From Octopus sinensis (lineage: Eukaryota): a stretch of DNA of 64,000 nucleotides. The position numbers and the translations under genes are program-made. Shown piece after piece: positions 11,975 to 25,072 of the stretch (within the stretch, counting starts at the first letter, position 1; every line of letters starts with the position of its first letter). The notes below the pieces were generated by a model that saw only the letters and a program-made list of their open reading frames with translations, searched no databases and was not told the origin of the DNA. Where the stretch lies: positions 70,990,001-71,054,000 of the forward strand of contig NC_043004.1 in assembly GCF_006345805.1 (NCBI RefSeq), in the 5' to 3' direction.

Positions 11975-12500
11975 ACTGATGATGATGTTGGTGATGGTTG
12001 TGATGATGATGATGATGATGGTTGTGATGATGAAGGTTGTGATGTTGATGGTTGTGATGATGATGATGATGGTTGTGATGATGAAGGTTGTGATGTTGAT
12101 GAAGATGGTTGTGATGATGGTGATGGTTGTGATGATGATGATGATTGTTGTGATGATGATGGTGATGGTTGTGATGATGATGATGATGGTTGTGATGATG
12201 AAGATGGTGATGGTTGTGATGATGATGGTTGTGATGATGTTTGTGATGATGATGATGGTTGTGATGATGATGAAGGTTGTGATGTTGATGATGATGATGA
12301 TGGTTGTGATGGTGATAATGGTTGTGATGATGATGATGATGATGGTTGTGATGATGGTAATATTAATAATTATGAAGGAAAGACTGACAGTGGTGGTGAT
12401 GGTGGTAATAATGATAAAGACGATTATGTTATGATGATGATGATGGTGATGGTGATGATATCGAAGACAAGGCTGATGAAAGAGGCGATGGTATAATGAT
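11975..12500. repeat. (GAT)n array punctuated by GGTTGT
   Basis: Gives the DDDDGC-repeat ORF 11933-12496. Confidence 0.9.
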
Positions 12501-13316
12501 GGTGTGGTTATCAAGGTGACAGCAGTAATAATGGTAATGGTGAAAATGAGGATAAGTCTAATGACATTGTTGTTGATGATGATGATGATGATAATGGTGG
12601 TGGTGGTGGTGGTGGTGATGGCTTTTGTGATTAATGAAGAAATGGGATGGATTTAGCAACTAAAAGAAGTATGGTTAAAAATTGGTTATCCCTGGTTGAT
12701 TGATTATTAACTGATATACTGGGTGGTAGTGGTGGTGTGGTGGTGGTGGTGGTGTGGTGGTGGTGGTGGTGGTGTGTGTGTGTGTGTGTGATTCAGTGGA
12801 TTGTAGTAGAGGTCATAATAGTGTTGTTCATGATGGTGGTGGTGGTGGTGGTGGCGATGGAAGGATTTAAAAGGGTCATTATCTTCATCAGCATCATGCT
12901 CAACATCATCACCATCGTCATCGTCATCATCATCATCATCATCTACATCATCATCATTGTTGTTGCTATCGTCATTGTCTCATCATTACCATCATCATCT
13001 ACATCATCATCGTGATCACGATTGTCATTATCATCATCATCACCATCATCTTAATTATCATCAACTGTCTCATCATCACCACTGTCACCATGATGTAATG
13101 GTTGTAAATGATAGTCATTCATTTCCAATATTCTGCAAAAACATGTCTGGCCATGCGGGAAATACTACCTTGTTTGGAAACAGGTGAGGTTGGCGACGGT
13201 GGGGAGCACTTGACCATTGAAAATGTCTCCATAAACGCAGTCTAACCCATACAAGCATGGAAAAGTGGGCATTAAAACATTGATGATGATGATAATGAAG
13301 GCTGTATCACTAGGCA

Positions 13317-13349
<33 letters not shown>

Positions 13350-13353
<4 letters not shown>

Positions 13354-13631
13354 CACCGTGACCGACCAGGCTATCAGATGTTGTTACACATCGCTGATCA
13401 CAATGCGCTTCGCATTGTTTTAGCCTCCAAATGACGCCACCACGCTGGCTAAGCGAGCAGGCCAACAGAAGAAAGAGTGAGAGAAAGTTGTGGCGAAAGT
13501 ACAGCAGGGATCGCCACCCCACCCCCTGCCGGAGCCTCGTGGAGCTTTAGGTGTTTTCGCTCAATAAACATTCACAATGCCTGGTCTGGGAATCGAAACC
13601 GCGATCCTACGACCGCGAGTGCACTGCCTCC
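13350..13631 (-). mobile_element. tRNA-derived SINE family 3 (variant 3' part)
   Basis: Minus strand GGAGGCAGTGCACTCGCGGTCGTAGGATCGCGGTTTCGATTCCCAGACC; shared with 21862-22211 and 35208-35590. Confidence 0.75.
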
Positions 13632-13633
13632 AC

Positions 13634-13665
<32 letters not shown>

Positions 13666-13898
13666 TTATGTGAAATAGAAAGATGAATAATCTTGTAGCA
13701 GATTAATCAAAAGTTTAACCGATACCTTGGTAGCAAAAATCACAGCAGAAGACAGCACGGTTGGAGGTACAACCATATGGTGTTGCAACCGTGCGTTGGT
13801 GCGGATAATTTCTTCAGGAAGAAATAGGAAATCCGTTGGAAAACAAAAACAGAACAGAGGCGGAGCAAAACAAATCGAACTAGGAGCCTAGTATGTGG

Positions 13899-13942
<44 letters not shown>

Positions 13943-14098
13943 TAGGACAATAAACATTAAGGCAAAGCAAACATCTCAAGTCATATGCATTATTATTATT
14001 GGGAAATTATTATTATTGGCAAAACAAATCGAACTAGGAGCCTAGTTCGATTTGTTTTGCTCCGCCTCTGTTCTGTTTTTGTTTTCCAACGGATTTCC

Positions 14099-14191
14099 TA
14101 TTTCTTCCTGAAGAGAAAGACACAATATGGTCTCATTATTCAATCGGATTTTGGTAAATTGTGCCTTTCGAAACACGTGTAGAATGAAATA
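14099..14191 (+). ncRNA. Type I hammerhead ribozyme, canonical core, loopless palindromic stem III
   Basis: Stem I TATTTCTTC/GAA-T-GAAATA; CTGAAGA 14108-14114; stem II GAAAGACACAAT/ATTGTGCCTTTC (11 of 12 pairs); GAAA 14170-14173; ACACGTGT; GTA, predicted cut after 14181. Confidence 0.8.
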
Positions 14192-14482
14192 AAACGATTT
14201 CTGTTCAATCTTCGTTCAGCTCCATTTCTTCAATTCACCTATATATACATATATATATATATATAATGTATGGGGGTTTAGTTCACAGGTGATCTAAACG
14301 AATAGGTACACTAGGTAAGTGCTGTAACAGATTACTAAGGCTCCAAGGTTGTAGCCGAGACGGTAGTTATGGAGCCATTGCAGATTTCTGATGCAGCAGA
14401 TATAATTGTTAAAGAGGACAACAAACATTAAGGCAAGGCAAGCATCTCAAGTCGTATACATTATTATTATTGGAAAAAATTC

Positions 14483-14543
14483 AAAATCTTACGGCTGTTT
14501 CTGGGATATCCTCGAGTATGGGATATTCCGTCATCAGAGGCAA
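14483..14543 (-). ncRNA. Type I hammerhead motif, antisense partner of 14571-14632, weaker stems I and III
   Basis: CCT-CTGATGA-CGGAATATCCCATACTCGAGGATATCCCA-GAAA-CAGCC-GTA-AGA. Confidence 0.6.
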
Positions 14544-14570
14544 ATAGGGAAAATGAGAAGGATATAGATT

Positions 14571-14632
14571 AATGTCTCTGATGACGGAATATCCCATACT
14601 CTGGGATATCCCAGAAATAGCTGTAAGACGTT
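14571..14632 (+). ncRNA. Type I hammerhead ribozyme, canonical core
   Basis: 7-bp stem I AATGTCT/AGACGTT; CTGATGA 14578-14584; long stem II; GAAA 14614-14617; self-complementary ATAGCTGT; GTA, predicted cut after 14625. Confidence 0.75.
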
Positions 14633-14700
14633 GAATTTTTTCCCAATAATAATAATGCATATGACTTGAGATGTTTGCTTTGCCTTAATGTTTATTGTCC

Positions 14701-14731
<31 letters not shown>

Positions 14732-16173
14732 ACATACACACGCATACACACACAAGCACACATACACATTTATCAACTATCAAGTCTACATCATTGACCT
14801 CTTTAATAGCCTTTCAGCCTTCTAACACCTATATCACTCTTGTACCTTTGTCCCTTGCTCCCTTCTATCTCTCTCATCCCTTGCATCACTTTTCCAATCT
14901 AAGGAAGGTTGTGAGTCTCTTCTCGGTTAGACACAGACTGCACTCTCTCTTGCCTGCCATCGTTGCTTCTTTCTTTCTTCTTAACATTATATTTTTTCAC
15001 CCCTAGTGATTGCTCATAGTACTATCATTCCCTCTTCTTCTCTATCTTATTGAAATATGCTGTTGGTATGAGTAAGGATGGAAGTGTGGGGGCACATAGC
15101 TTAATGGTTAGGGCATTGTACTCATGATTGTCAGACTGTGGTTTCGATTCCTGGACTTGGCAATGTGTTGTGTTCTTGAACCAAAGAACTCCATTTCATT
15201 TTGCTCCAGTCTACACAGCTGGTAAAAATGAGTAAATGAGTAATTAATCCTGTGATAGACTGGTGTCCCATCCAGGGATGAATACATATGCCTGAGAAAG
15301 TGGCCCTATGCTTCTTATGGAGTAATGTGGCCCATCCAGGGATCTTTCCTATTTGTCACACACTGCTTCCATCAGTGTAACCAAAGAAGCCACGACATCC
15401 ATCCTGACTCTACATCTCGCCTGATTCTTTGTGCCTCTCACTATTACAGGACCCACCTACTTTCCAGTTTCCCTGTCATTCTTGCCTCAAGAGGAAAGTT
15501 GATCATTAGGAAGCAATTTTTTTCATTCTGTTGATTAGCTAACTTTGAAGGGAGGGGCAAAAACCGTTTCTGCAGACAAGTAGAATTTGCTGAGACATCT
15601 TCATTAGTATTCGCTATCTACCACCTCTAAGCTCTCTATTTCTTTTCTTCAGATATTTTCCTTTTTCTTTTTCTCTTTTCGGTGTGGCGGTGACTGTCTC
15701 TTTGTCCATTCAATGAAACGAGTCTTGTTATTAATTAATTGCCTTGCTTTGACAGACATGGCTGCTAGTATTGCTCTGAAGAATTTTTTGCACACAGCAA
15801 ACAAGATACTGTTGTTTTAAAGATGACAACAACAGCAACAACAACAACAACAGCTCCTATTACTGTTGCAATAAGCACCAAAGCAGACACAAGAAAAAAC
15901 ACAAGCACTAGCAGAACATTATTATTATCATTATTATTATTATTATATTAAGTCTGGAAAGTGAGCATAATTGTTAGTAAACCGTACAAGATACTTTGTC
16001 TCATTTTTTTCTATGGTTCTTTACAATCTGAATTTCAAATTCTGATGAGGTCACATTTATCTTTTATCCTCTATTGGTTGATAAAATAAGTACCAGTTGA
16101 GTATTGGGGGTGGAGTCAGTGTAATCAATTTACACCTCCCTTCAAAATTGCTGGCCTTGTGCTGAAATTAGAA

Positions 16174-16214
<41 letters not shown>

Positions 16215-17286
16215 TAGCTGGTCTTGTGAAAAATTCATGGAAAACAAAATGTAAGCATCTGTAAACAGAGCATTGGTGCCATGAGAAATGTTTGTATATT
16301 ATGACTGTCTGTCTTTACATTCTGAGTTCAAATTCTGCCTAGATCGATTTTGCCTTTCATCCTTTCAGGGTTGATAAATTAAGTATTAGTTGTGTACTGG
16401 GATCGATCTAATCAACTGGCCCCCTCCCCACCAAAAATTCAGGCCTGGGAAAGTATATTCTGACAGTTACAGAATATAGAAAGTAATGTAACACCAATGA
16501 CTATATAATCCAACCAAAATATCTGTCACACAAACATAAATGGAATTACTATTTAACCTTAAAATATATTGTACATATTCAAAGAACCTTAATGTACAAA
16601 TTAAAATGCAAAAGAATGATGGATTTATGAATGAAAGTTTGATAATTGCATTTATTTCCACCGTGTGGCACTTACTATTGCAAACATGTTTTAAGTAACC
16701 TAAACTATACACATAAATACATTCATATATATGCCTCGAGTGGTAGCTGTAATTCAGAGGGGCCAGCCTTGTCATATTCTGTGTGAGGCTGAATCTCCCT
16801 GAGAACTACGTGTGTGGAGTACTCAGCCATTTGTGAGTTAATTTTATCCCCGTGTGGTAATGCAAAGTGAAATTGATATCCAATATTTGCTGTGTCTCTG
16901 TATCTATGTATGAACTTTTCTTTGGATTTACGTATCTGCTGTCTCGCTCATTTTCTCTCTTTCTCTTTCACTTCCTTTGTGTCGCTCTTGTCTCCTGATT
17001 TTGATTTAACAACATGTATATGTATTTATGTATCTACTTCTTGCGATGTGATAAACATTTAAAAACACAAAACGAATGTCGTCACCACTCACTGTCTCTT
17101 TCACTCTCTTTCTCTCTCACTCTCTCTTACTCTTTTTCTCTCTCTCTCGCTTTGCCACTTTTTTTGAAGTAAGTGTGACACACACAACAGGTACATACAA
17201 AACAAAAAGTTAGTGTGTTAATGTTATTGATAATCTTTTCTACTACTACTACTACTACTCTACTACTACTACTACTACTACTACTA

Positions 17287-17632
17287 TTGAGGCATTGTTT
17301 TCAGTCGTGTTTGTTTGTTTGTCCATGGACAAGATGTCTCAAGAACCGCTGGATGAATTCAGATGAAACTTTCCGGGATGTTTGACCACGTGACTGGCAC
17401 AAACTGATTAGATTTTAGGATCAATCTGGTACAAGACAAGGGTTCTGGATTATTTTTCCTTCTTTTTTCACTTAATTTTTGAGTGCAGTCAGGTTCATTT
17501 TTAGTATTCTCATTTGTGAGAGCAGTCCAGTTTATTTCAGTTATTCTTGTTTTAAAAATCATCTCCAGCTAACCATTAAGAGGATGTTAAGGTGCCTTGG
17601 TGGAGGTTTGCACTCTCTGAGTGCTTCTTGTT
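17287..17632 (+). mobile_element. Helentron-associated (HINE/DINE-1-like) non-autonomous element, 5' end eroded
   Basis: (TTTG)n near 5' end, subterminal CCTTGGTGGAGG 17595-17606, 3' hairpin GCACTC-TCT-GAGTGC 17610-17624, ends TTGTT; homologous to 35896-36260. Confidence 0.65.
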
Positions 17633-19164
17633 ATTGTTATTACCATAATGATAAATTTACTAATTCTAGCCAGAATTTGAACTTAATTTATTACCTGTCA
17701 TAGCTACCTATTCTATATCACACACCCACACACTCACACACACACACACATCTGTTATTTTGCACTTAACTTAATTAGTTTTTATATTAACTTGAAGAGG
17801 AAGTACATTGCCTGTAGCTTTATTTTTGATCTCTTCTAAACTGAGAGAATTTTCTGTTGTTTTTTTTGTTTTGTTTCTGTTGTTTAGTCTGTGATCAAAT
17901 CTGATTAAGCAGACTTTTGATTGATGAAAACCGTTCTGTGTGTGACTATTCCATTTTTTGCTATAACTGGGACCGCGCTGTCCAACATGACCTTTCTTCT
18001 TTTGTAAAGAATATAGTTGTTGGTTGCTCCCTTTCTTACAGGTTGAGCAAAGACCTTTCTAGCTTAATTGAGGACCCTTCCTCAGCTAATTTGGAGCAAT
18101 AGATGTCCTTTCTGTTGTCAGTCACTGAATTACAGAGTGGAACCTTTTTTTGTTTTGACAGTCAGGTAAACTGGAGCAAGTAGAGTTATGTCCCTTCCTG
18201 AAGGTCGTTAATGATGATTATCTTGATTTACTCTATTACATATGTAAAACCTCACCAAATGTGTGTGTATTATGGATTCTTCCATCCTTAAACGACGGAT
18301 GAGAGTTCTGCAAGATCTTGCTGAACAACCACACAGATGCTTTGTATATTGTGGTCAAATGCTTGTGTTCGCATAAACTCTTTCCCTCCATCAAATTAAC
18401 TTTTGCCTGTACAGGTGCACAAGTGTGCCATGCCTCAAATGTCAGAAGTGGAAATGTTCTCAGAGCAATATGAAATAAAGCATTTTGCTCAAAAACACAA
18501 TTCGCCGCCTGGTCTAGGAATTGAAACCACAGAGCTTGTGATCGTGAATATAACACTATAACCACTTGGCTATGCACATCCACCCCCCTCTCTCTCTTTT
18601 ATATCGTATGAAACATGCTCCTTTGGCTTGCTTTTTTCACATCCATTGTAGAAGAATGTAGCACCATCTGACTGAACAATAAAAGTATATAGAGGCCTAC
18701 TTTATTCCCTACCATTCTCTCTCTCCCCACAGACTTTCTATATAGACATGTGCTCTAATATGCACTATAAGGGGCACTCCACATCCTCACTCTAGCTCTG
18801 CATCTGTATCTGTGAATCATACACTGTATCTTTCAAAGTGACAAAATATAACTGAAATATTTCTTCTGTGGTTTCTGTAAATTTTTATGTGTGTGTATGT
18901 TTGTGTGTATGTGTGTTTATATATATATATATTCTTTTATTTGTTTCAGTCATTTGACTGTGGCCATGCTGGAGCACTGCTTTTAGTCGAGCAAATTGAC
19001 CCTAGGAATTATTTTTTTGTAAGCCTAGTACTTATTCTATAGGTTTCTTGCCGAACTGTTAAGTTACGGGGACATAAACACACCAGCATCGGTTGTCAAG
19101 CGATGTTGGGGGGACAAACAGAGACACACAAACATATACATACACACACAAACATATACATAAA

Positions 19165-19450
19165 GCTCCATCCGTTCGTGGCCATTGCCAGCCTCGCCTG
19201 GCCCCTGTGCCGGTGGCACGTAAAAAGCACCATCCATCCGTGGCCGTTTGCCAGCTCCGTCTGGCACCTGTGCGGGTGGCACGTAGAAAGCACCCACTAC
19301 ACTCACAGAGTGGTTGGCGTTAGAAAGGGCATCCAGCCGTAGAAACACTGCCAGATTAGACTGGGCCTGATGCAGCCTTCTGGCTTCACAGACCCCAGTT
19401 GAACCGTCCAACCCATGCTAGCATGGAAAGCGGACGCTAAATGATGATGA

Positions 19451-19455
<5 letters not shown>
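19165..19455 (+). mobile_element. RTE-type LINE 3' tail adjoining a minus-strand SINE family 1 copy (~18935-19625)
   Basis: GGCACGTAAAAAGCACC subrepeats, ends GGAAAGCGGACGCTAAAT(GAT)n. Confidence 0.75.
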
Positions 19456-19489
<34 letters not shown>

Positions 19490-20119
19490 CAGGCTTCTTT
19501 CAGTTTCTGTCTACCAAATCTACTTACAAGGATATAGAATATACATGCTCTCAGTGCTATGTGGTGGGACTGAATGAAAAACCATGTGGTTGGAAAGCAA
19601 GCTTCTTACCACACAGCCATGCCTGCACCTACACTCACACACATATATGTCTTTCTCTCTCTCTCCCCTCTATCTCTTTTTTCTCTCCCTCTCTTGTTGC
19701 TCACACGTGACCATCATCCATCTTTCTTTCCCTGTGCATATGCTGAAACGAGCAGATGTGTTTTTTCTCTCTCTTTTCTATTTTCTCTCTTTTCAAAAAA
19801 AATGTTTCTCCTAGTGTTCACTATTTTCCTCTCATCCTGGTCTAACAACCCTCCATGTTTGTTTTCATTCGGTTTCCTTCTATGTCTCCACTGTCCTATT
19901 TTTGTTCTCAACTTTGACCCTCCATAAATCCTAAATTTTATTTTAGAATTCATGAGAACAACTGTCTTTGAAGACTCATTGTTCAATGCTCAAAATGAGG
20001 AGTAGATAGAGAGCTGACAACTGATGAAGGGTTCATTCTCTGTTAACTTGTCCTGTTTTCCATTTGTTCATGTTGTTTATGTATTTCATGTTATTTGCAG
20101 CATTGGTGACGTCCTGTAC

Positions 20120-20154
<35 letters not shown>

Positions 20155-21861
20155 ATATTATTTATTATATGTATACACATACACTCACACACACACAGTG
20201 GGCTTCTTTCAGTATCTATCTACCAAATCCACTCACAGGGCTTTGGCTGGGCCAAGGCTATGATACTGGGCCAAGATACTATGCAGTAGGACTGAACCTG
20301 GAACCATGTGGTTGGGAACCAAGCTTCTTACCACATGGCCACGCCTGTACCTACCTATATATATATATGTTTATATATGTATATATATATATTTATAGAT
20401 TATATTTGTTTCTCACTTTGATGGTAGAGTTGGTAGTAGTGGGGTGAGGGACCGGTGCAGTGAGTGGAGGGCATTGGTGGTGTAAGCAGAGGGAGTGGTG
20501 GGTGTGGTGGTGGTGGTGGTGGTGGTGGTGGTGTTTCAATAAATGTAAACTAAAAGGTAAGTTCATGATGGTATATTTTTAGCTTCGCTGATTGAAAAAG
20601 TTGATAAGTCATATATAATATGAAATATGAAATATTATCTGGCAAATCAAGATAGCACATCTCCACCTATGGCATATTGTTTTCTAAATAAATACACAAA
20701 CACCAACTGAATGATGCTGGCGTGAAAACCTTAACACAAAAGACAAGGGTAGTTATTTCATTTGTTTGAACTTTCATTAATTATTGCAAACAGAGATAAA
20801 AAAAAACAATTTGTTGCTGTTGATGGTGGTGGTGGTGGTGGTGGTGGTTTTGTGGGCAGAGCGAAAGATGAAATAAACGATTAAGAAAGAAAGAAAAAAA
20901 AATGAAAGAAAGAAAATAAAGCGGGGAGAAAGAAACGGGTGAGAAAAGAGTAAAATAGGAAAAGTAAAATTGCCAAATTTTGGAAGCTGTGATATCCGTT
21001 TTTTATTTTTTTATTTTTTGCTGTTTTCATTTTTTCCTTTTTTGTTTTGTTTGATGGATACTGTCTTCACCATCACCACCATGAAGACCACAAACATTAC
21101 CGCTACCACCAGAAACACCAACGTCACCACCACCACCACCACCACCACCACCACCACCACCACCACCACCACCACAACTACTACTACCACCACCAACACC
21201 ACTACCACCAGCACCACCACCAACGCCACCACCAACGCCACTACTACAACCACCATTACCTCCACTACCAATACCACCTAATGTCATAATTGTCATCACT
21301 ACCATTACTTTAAGACCAATCAAACACTAACATCTATTGCAATCACCATTGTTACAACTTTCACCACCACCACCACCACCACTATCAACACCACCACCAC
21401 CACCACCATCACCACCATGGTCACCTTTATAGCAGTAATAGTCATTCGGATAACCACCGCCATTCTCACTACCACCACCACCACCATCACTACACCCATC
21501 GCTACCAACACAACCATGATTATTACACAATAGCCACAGATGTCACCACCACTACCCTCACCTGCACAACCACCACAACTATCTCAACACCCATTGCCAC
21601 CACCACCAGCAATAACAATCATCAACCCCCTCCCCAGCACCTTTGCTACTACCACCATCACTGTAATATTCACCACCATCAACACCACCACCACTACCAT
21701 TAATCAATGGCCACTGGAAACACAATGTATTTTCCAAATGTTAAAGGAAATTGTCCTGAAGCAGAAGACACCCTGTCCCCTGTTGATGCATATACACATG
21801 TATTACAGGTACACGTTGCAGTCATACCCCACACTTGCTCCCTACAGACCATAGGTCATTG

Positions 21862-22211
21862 TGGCACTCCATTGGTTATGGTGACGAGGGTTCTAGTTGA
21901 TCCAATCAACAGAACAGCCTGCTCGTGAAATTAACGTGCAAGTGGCTGAGCGCTCCACAGACATGTGTACCCTTAATGTAGTTCTCAGAGAGATTCAGTG
22001 TGACAAAGCTAGCCCTTTGAAACAGGAAGAAAGAATGAGAGAAAGTTGTGGTGAAAGAGTACAGCAGGGTACGCCACCACCCCATGCCGGAGCCTCGCGA
22101 GGCTTTAGGTGTTTCCACTCAATAAACACTCACAATATCCGGTCTGGGAATCAAAACCACTATCCTACGACAGCGAGTCTGCTGCTCTAACCACTGGGCT
22201 ATTGTGCCTCC
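21862..22211 (-). mobile_element. SINE family 3, full length
   Basis: tRNA-like head on the minus strand; matches 35208-35590. Confidence 0.8.
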
Positions 22212-22285
22212 ACAGACATACTGCAGTGACACACAAATCACAAACACACTCTCTACCGAGATATGTTAGAGGCACACCTATTTAA

Positions 22286-22484
22286 CCCTTTCGTTACTGT
22301 ATTTCTGTTGAGATGCTCTGTATTTCTTTCAATTACTTTAAATATAACAAAGTATTTAGTAAACTAACTTTATTATCATTCACCTAGTGTTAGGAACATT
22401 AATTGTGACTAAGGTTTGGTGAAAGATTTTAATTCAAAACTTATGAAAACAGAGCTGGTTTCATCCGGGTTGGTAACGAAAGAG
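22286..22484. mobile_element. Complete piggyBac-type MITE (199 bp)
   Basis: TTAA|CCCTTTCGTTAC ... GTAACGAAAGAG|TTAA: 12-bp TIR with 1 mismatch, TTAA TSD. Confidence 0.85.
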
Positions 22485-22916
22485 TTAACTCTTTAGCACT
22501 TAGATTATTCTGTTAAATTTAATGCGTGTATATTCTCATCGTTTTAAATAAAAAAAAAAAGACCCCCCCCCTTCCTTCGTTAATAAATGACCATGGGATT
22601 GCACCTAGAAAGTTCCCCTCTGAACGCAAGTCTGGGAAATATTGTTGCACCACTCCCCATAATTTTCTAGGCTGTGGTGCAGAAGATGGAATTGGAAACA
22701 TCCTTGTCAAAATGGAGAAAATTCAATTTATGTGGGCATCCTAATATGAAACTCTGTACACACACAGTGTTACACACCACAATGGCACATTGCAGACACT
22801 CCAACCATGCATTCCACCAAAGATACCAACGAAAAACTTAAGCTGCAAGTACACTCCACGGTCGGGTCGTCGTATGCCAAATGTGCAAATCTACACAGAC
22901 ACACGACAAACGTGCT

Positions 22917-23155
22917 ATAGACACACACACCACAATCACTCGCCACAAAGACACACTAAAAGCAGTCACCATAGATACACACCACACACACACACACACA
23001 CACACCACAATCACTCGCCACAAAGACACACTAAAAGCAGTCACCATAGATACACACCACACACACACACACACACACACACCACCACAATCACTCGCCA
23101 CAAAGACACACTAAAAGCAGTCACCATAGATACACACCACACACACACACACACA
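22917..23155. repeat. About 3 copies of a ~72-74 bp unit with embedded (CA)n
   Basis: CACCACAATCACTCGCCACAAAGACACACTAAAAGCAGTCACCATAGA occurs three times. Confidence 0.9.
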
Positions 23156-23909
23156 ACTAAATACTACCAAAAAGGTAAAAAAAAATAAAACAACCAACAA
23201 AAAAACCCCCAAAAGTCCTGAACCAGAGGAGATAAAGCAGAACCACAACAATATCTTCGTACATTTAACAGACATCTTCACACTGTTTGACCTCATCACC
23301 TTATGACAAGATTCGAGACACAAGTCATTTTAATAATTCATTAACTGCTCAATAATTCTTTCTTTCTTCCCCTTTTCTTAACCTTTATTTCTCCTTTTCT
23401 CTGTTTTTCTTTTGTCTTTGTCTTTTCTCTCTTCTTTTTTCTTACCCTCCCTCCCACCCTTGCCACATTTTATCATTTCCAATCTTTCTCCTTTTTTGTT
23501 TTACTTTTCCTAAGGCATAACCCCTTCACTCTTTCCTTTCCCTCCTTTTCTCTCTCCCTCTCGTTTCTCTCTCTTGTTCTCTGTTTCTCTTTTTCTTTCT
23601 CTCTCTATCTCTCATTCTCTCTCTCTTGTTCTCTTGTTCTCTCTCTTGTTCTCGCATTCTCTCTCTCTTATCCTCTCTCTCTTGTTCTCTTTCTCGTTCT
23701 CTCTCTCTTGTTCTTTCTCTCTCTCTCTTGTTCTCTCTCTCTCATTCTCTTTCTCTCTTGTCTTCTCTCTCTCTCTTGCTCTCTCTCCCACCCTCCCTCT
23801 CTCCTTGTGCTGTTCATCTCTTTAGCTTTCTTTACCTATCTCCAAAGTTACTCATGAATCTCAATTGATCTCTGCTCTCCACCAACCATTCTGATACAAT
23901 CTATTCTTT

Positions 23910-24779
23910 TATTCTTTTACTGGTTTCACTCATTAGACTACGGCCATGCTGGGGCACTGCCTTTTAGTCCAACAAATTGACCCCAGTATTTCTTTCTTTT
24001 ATTTTTTATTTTGCTTTAAACCCAGCCCTTATTCTATCGGTTTCTCATTGCTGAACTGCTAAGTTGTGGGCATCCAAAGAAAACAACACCAGTTGTGAAG
24101 GCGGGGGGAGGGGGGTATACGTACAAAGGCACACGCGTTACTCTTTACTCTTTTACTTGTTTCAGTCATCTGACTGTGGCCATGCTGGAGCACCACCTTT
24201 AGTCGAACAAATCAAACCCTGAGACTTATTCTTTGTAAGCCTAGTACTTATTCTATCAGTCTCTTTTGCCGAACCGATAAGTTACGGGGATGTAAACACA
24301 CCAGCATCGGTTGTTAAGCGATGTTGGGGGCACAAACACAGACACACAAACATACACACACACACACACACATATATATATACATACATACATATATACG
24401 ATGGGCTTCTTTCAGTTTGCGCCTACCAAATCCACTCACAAGGCATTGGTCGGTCCAATGCTATAGTAGAAGACACTTGCCCAAGGTACCACACAGTGGG
24501 AGTGAACCAGGAACCATGTGATTTGTAAGCAAGCTACTTACCACACAGCCACTCCTATGCGTATGTTCTTTTATTCTTTTATTTGTTTCAATCATTTGAC
24601 TGTGGCCATGCTGGAGCACCGCCTTTAGTTGAACACATCGAACCCCAGGGCTTATTCTTTGTAAGTCTGATACTTATTCTATCAGTCTCTTGCCGAACAG
24701 CTAAGCTATGGGGACGTAAACACACCAACATCGGTTGTCAAGCAAAGGTGGTGGTGGGGGACAAACATAGACACACAAA

Positions 24780-24851
<72 letters not shown>

Positions 24852-25012
24852 TACGACATGCTTCTTTCAGTTTCTCTCTACTAAATCCGCTCACAAGGCT
24901 TTGGCCGGCCTGAGGCTATAGTAGAAGACACTTGCCCAAGGTGCCACGCAGTGGGACTGAACCCGGAACCATGTAGTTGGTAAGAAAGCTTCTTACCACC
25001 CAGCCACGCCTG
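23910..25012 (-). mobile_element. Three stacked SINE family 1 copies (one partial)
   Basis: Repeated reverse-complement SINE modules at ~23910-24100, ~24140-24560, ~24570-25012. Confidence 0.85.
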
Positions 25013-25072
25013 TGTGGTATATATATATGCCAAATATATATGATATATATATGGTATATATATATATTATAT

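Larger units (their letters stand above)
13811..14701. repeat. Nested inverted-repeat complex of Penelope-like pLTR fragments
   Basis: Perfect 74-bp IR 13811-13884/14041-14114; perfect 63-bp IR 13944-14006/14639-14701 flanked by (TA)n; ~125-bp imperfect IR 14415-14539/14576-14701; perfect 20+2+20 palindrome 14019-14060. Confidence 0.9.

Noticed and set aside
14325-14380. GGCT..AGCC-GAGAC...GTT as another hammerhead
   Set aside because: Both core halves are non-canonical and stems I and III are unsupported
14099-14632. Intramolecular heterodimer between the 14.1 and 14.6 kb ribozymes
   Set aside because: The stem III halves could pair 6 of 8, but the stem I strands are incompatible, so trans-cleavage between them is unlikely
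18236-18583. 115-aa minus-strand ORF
   Set aside because: Its first half is the tRNA-like head of a SINE; chance read-through
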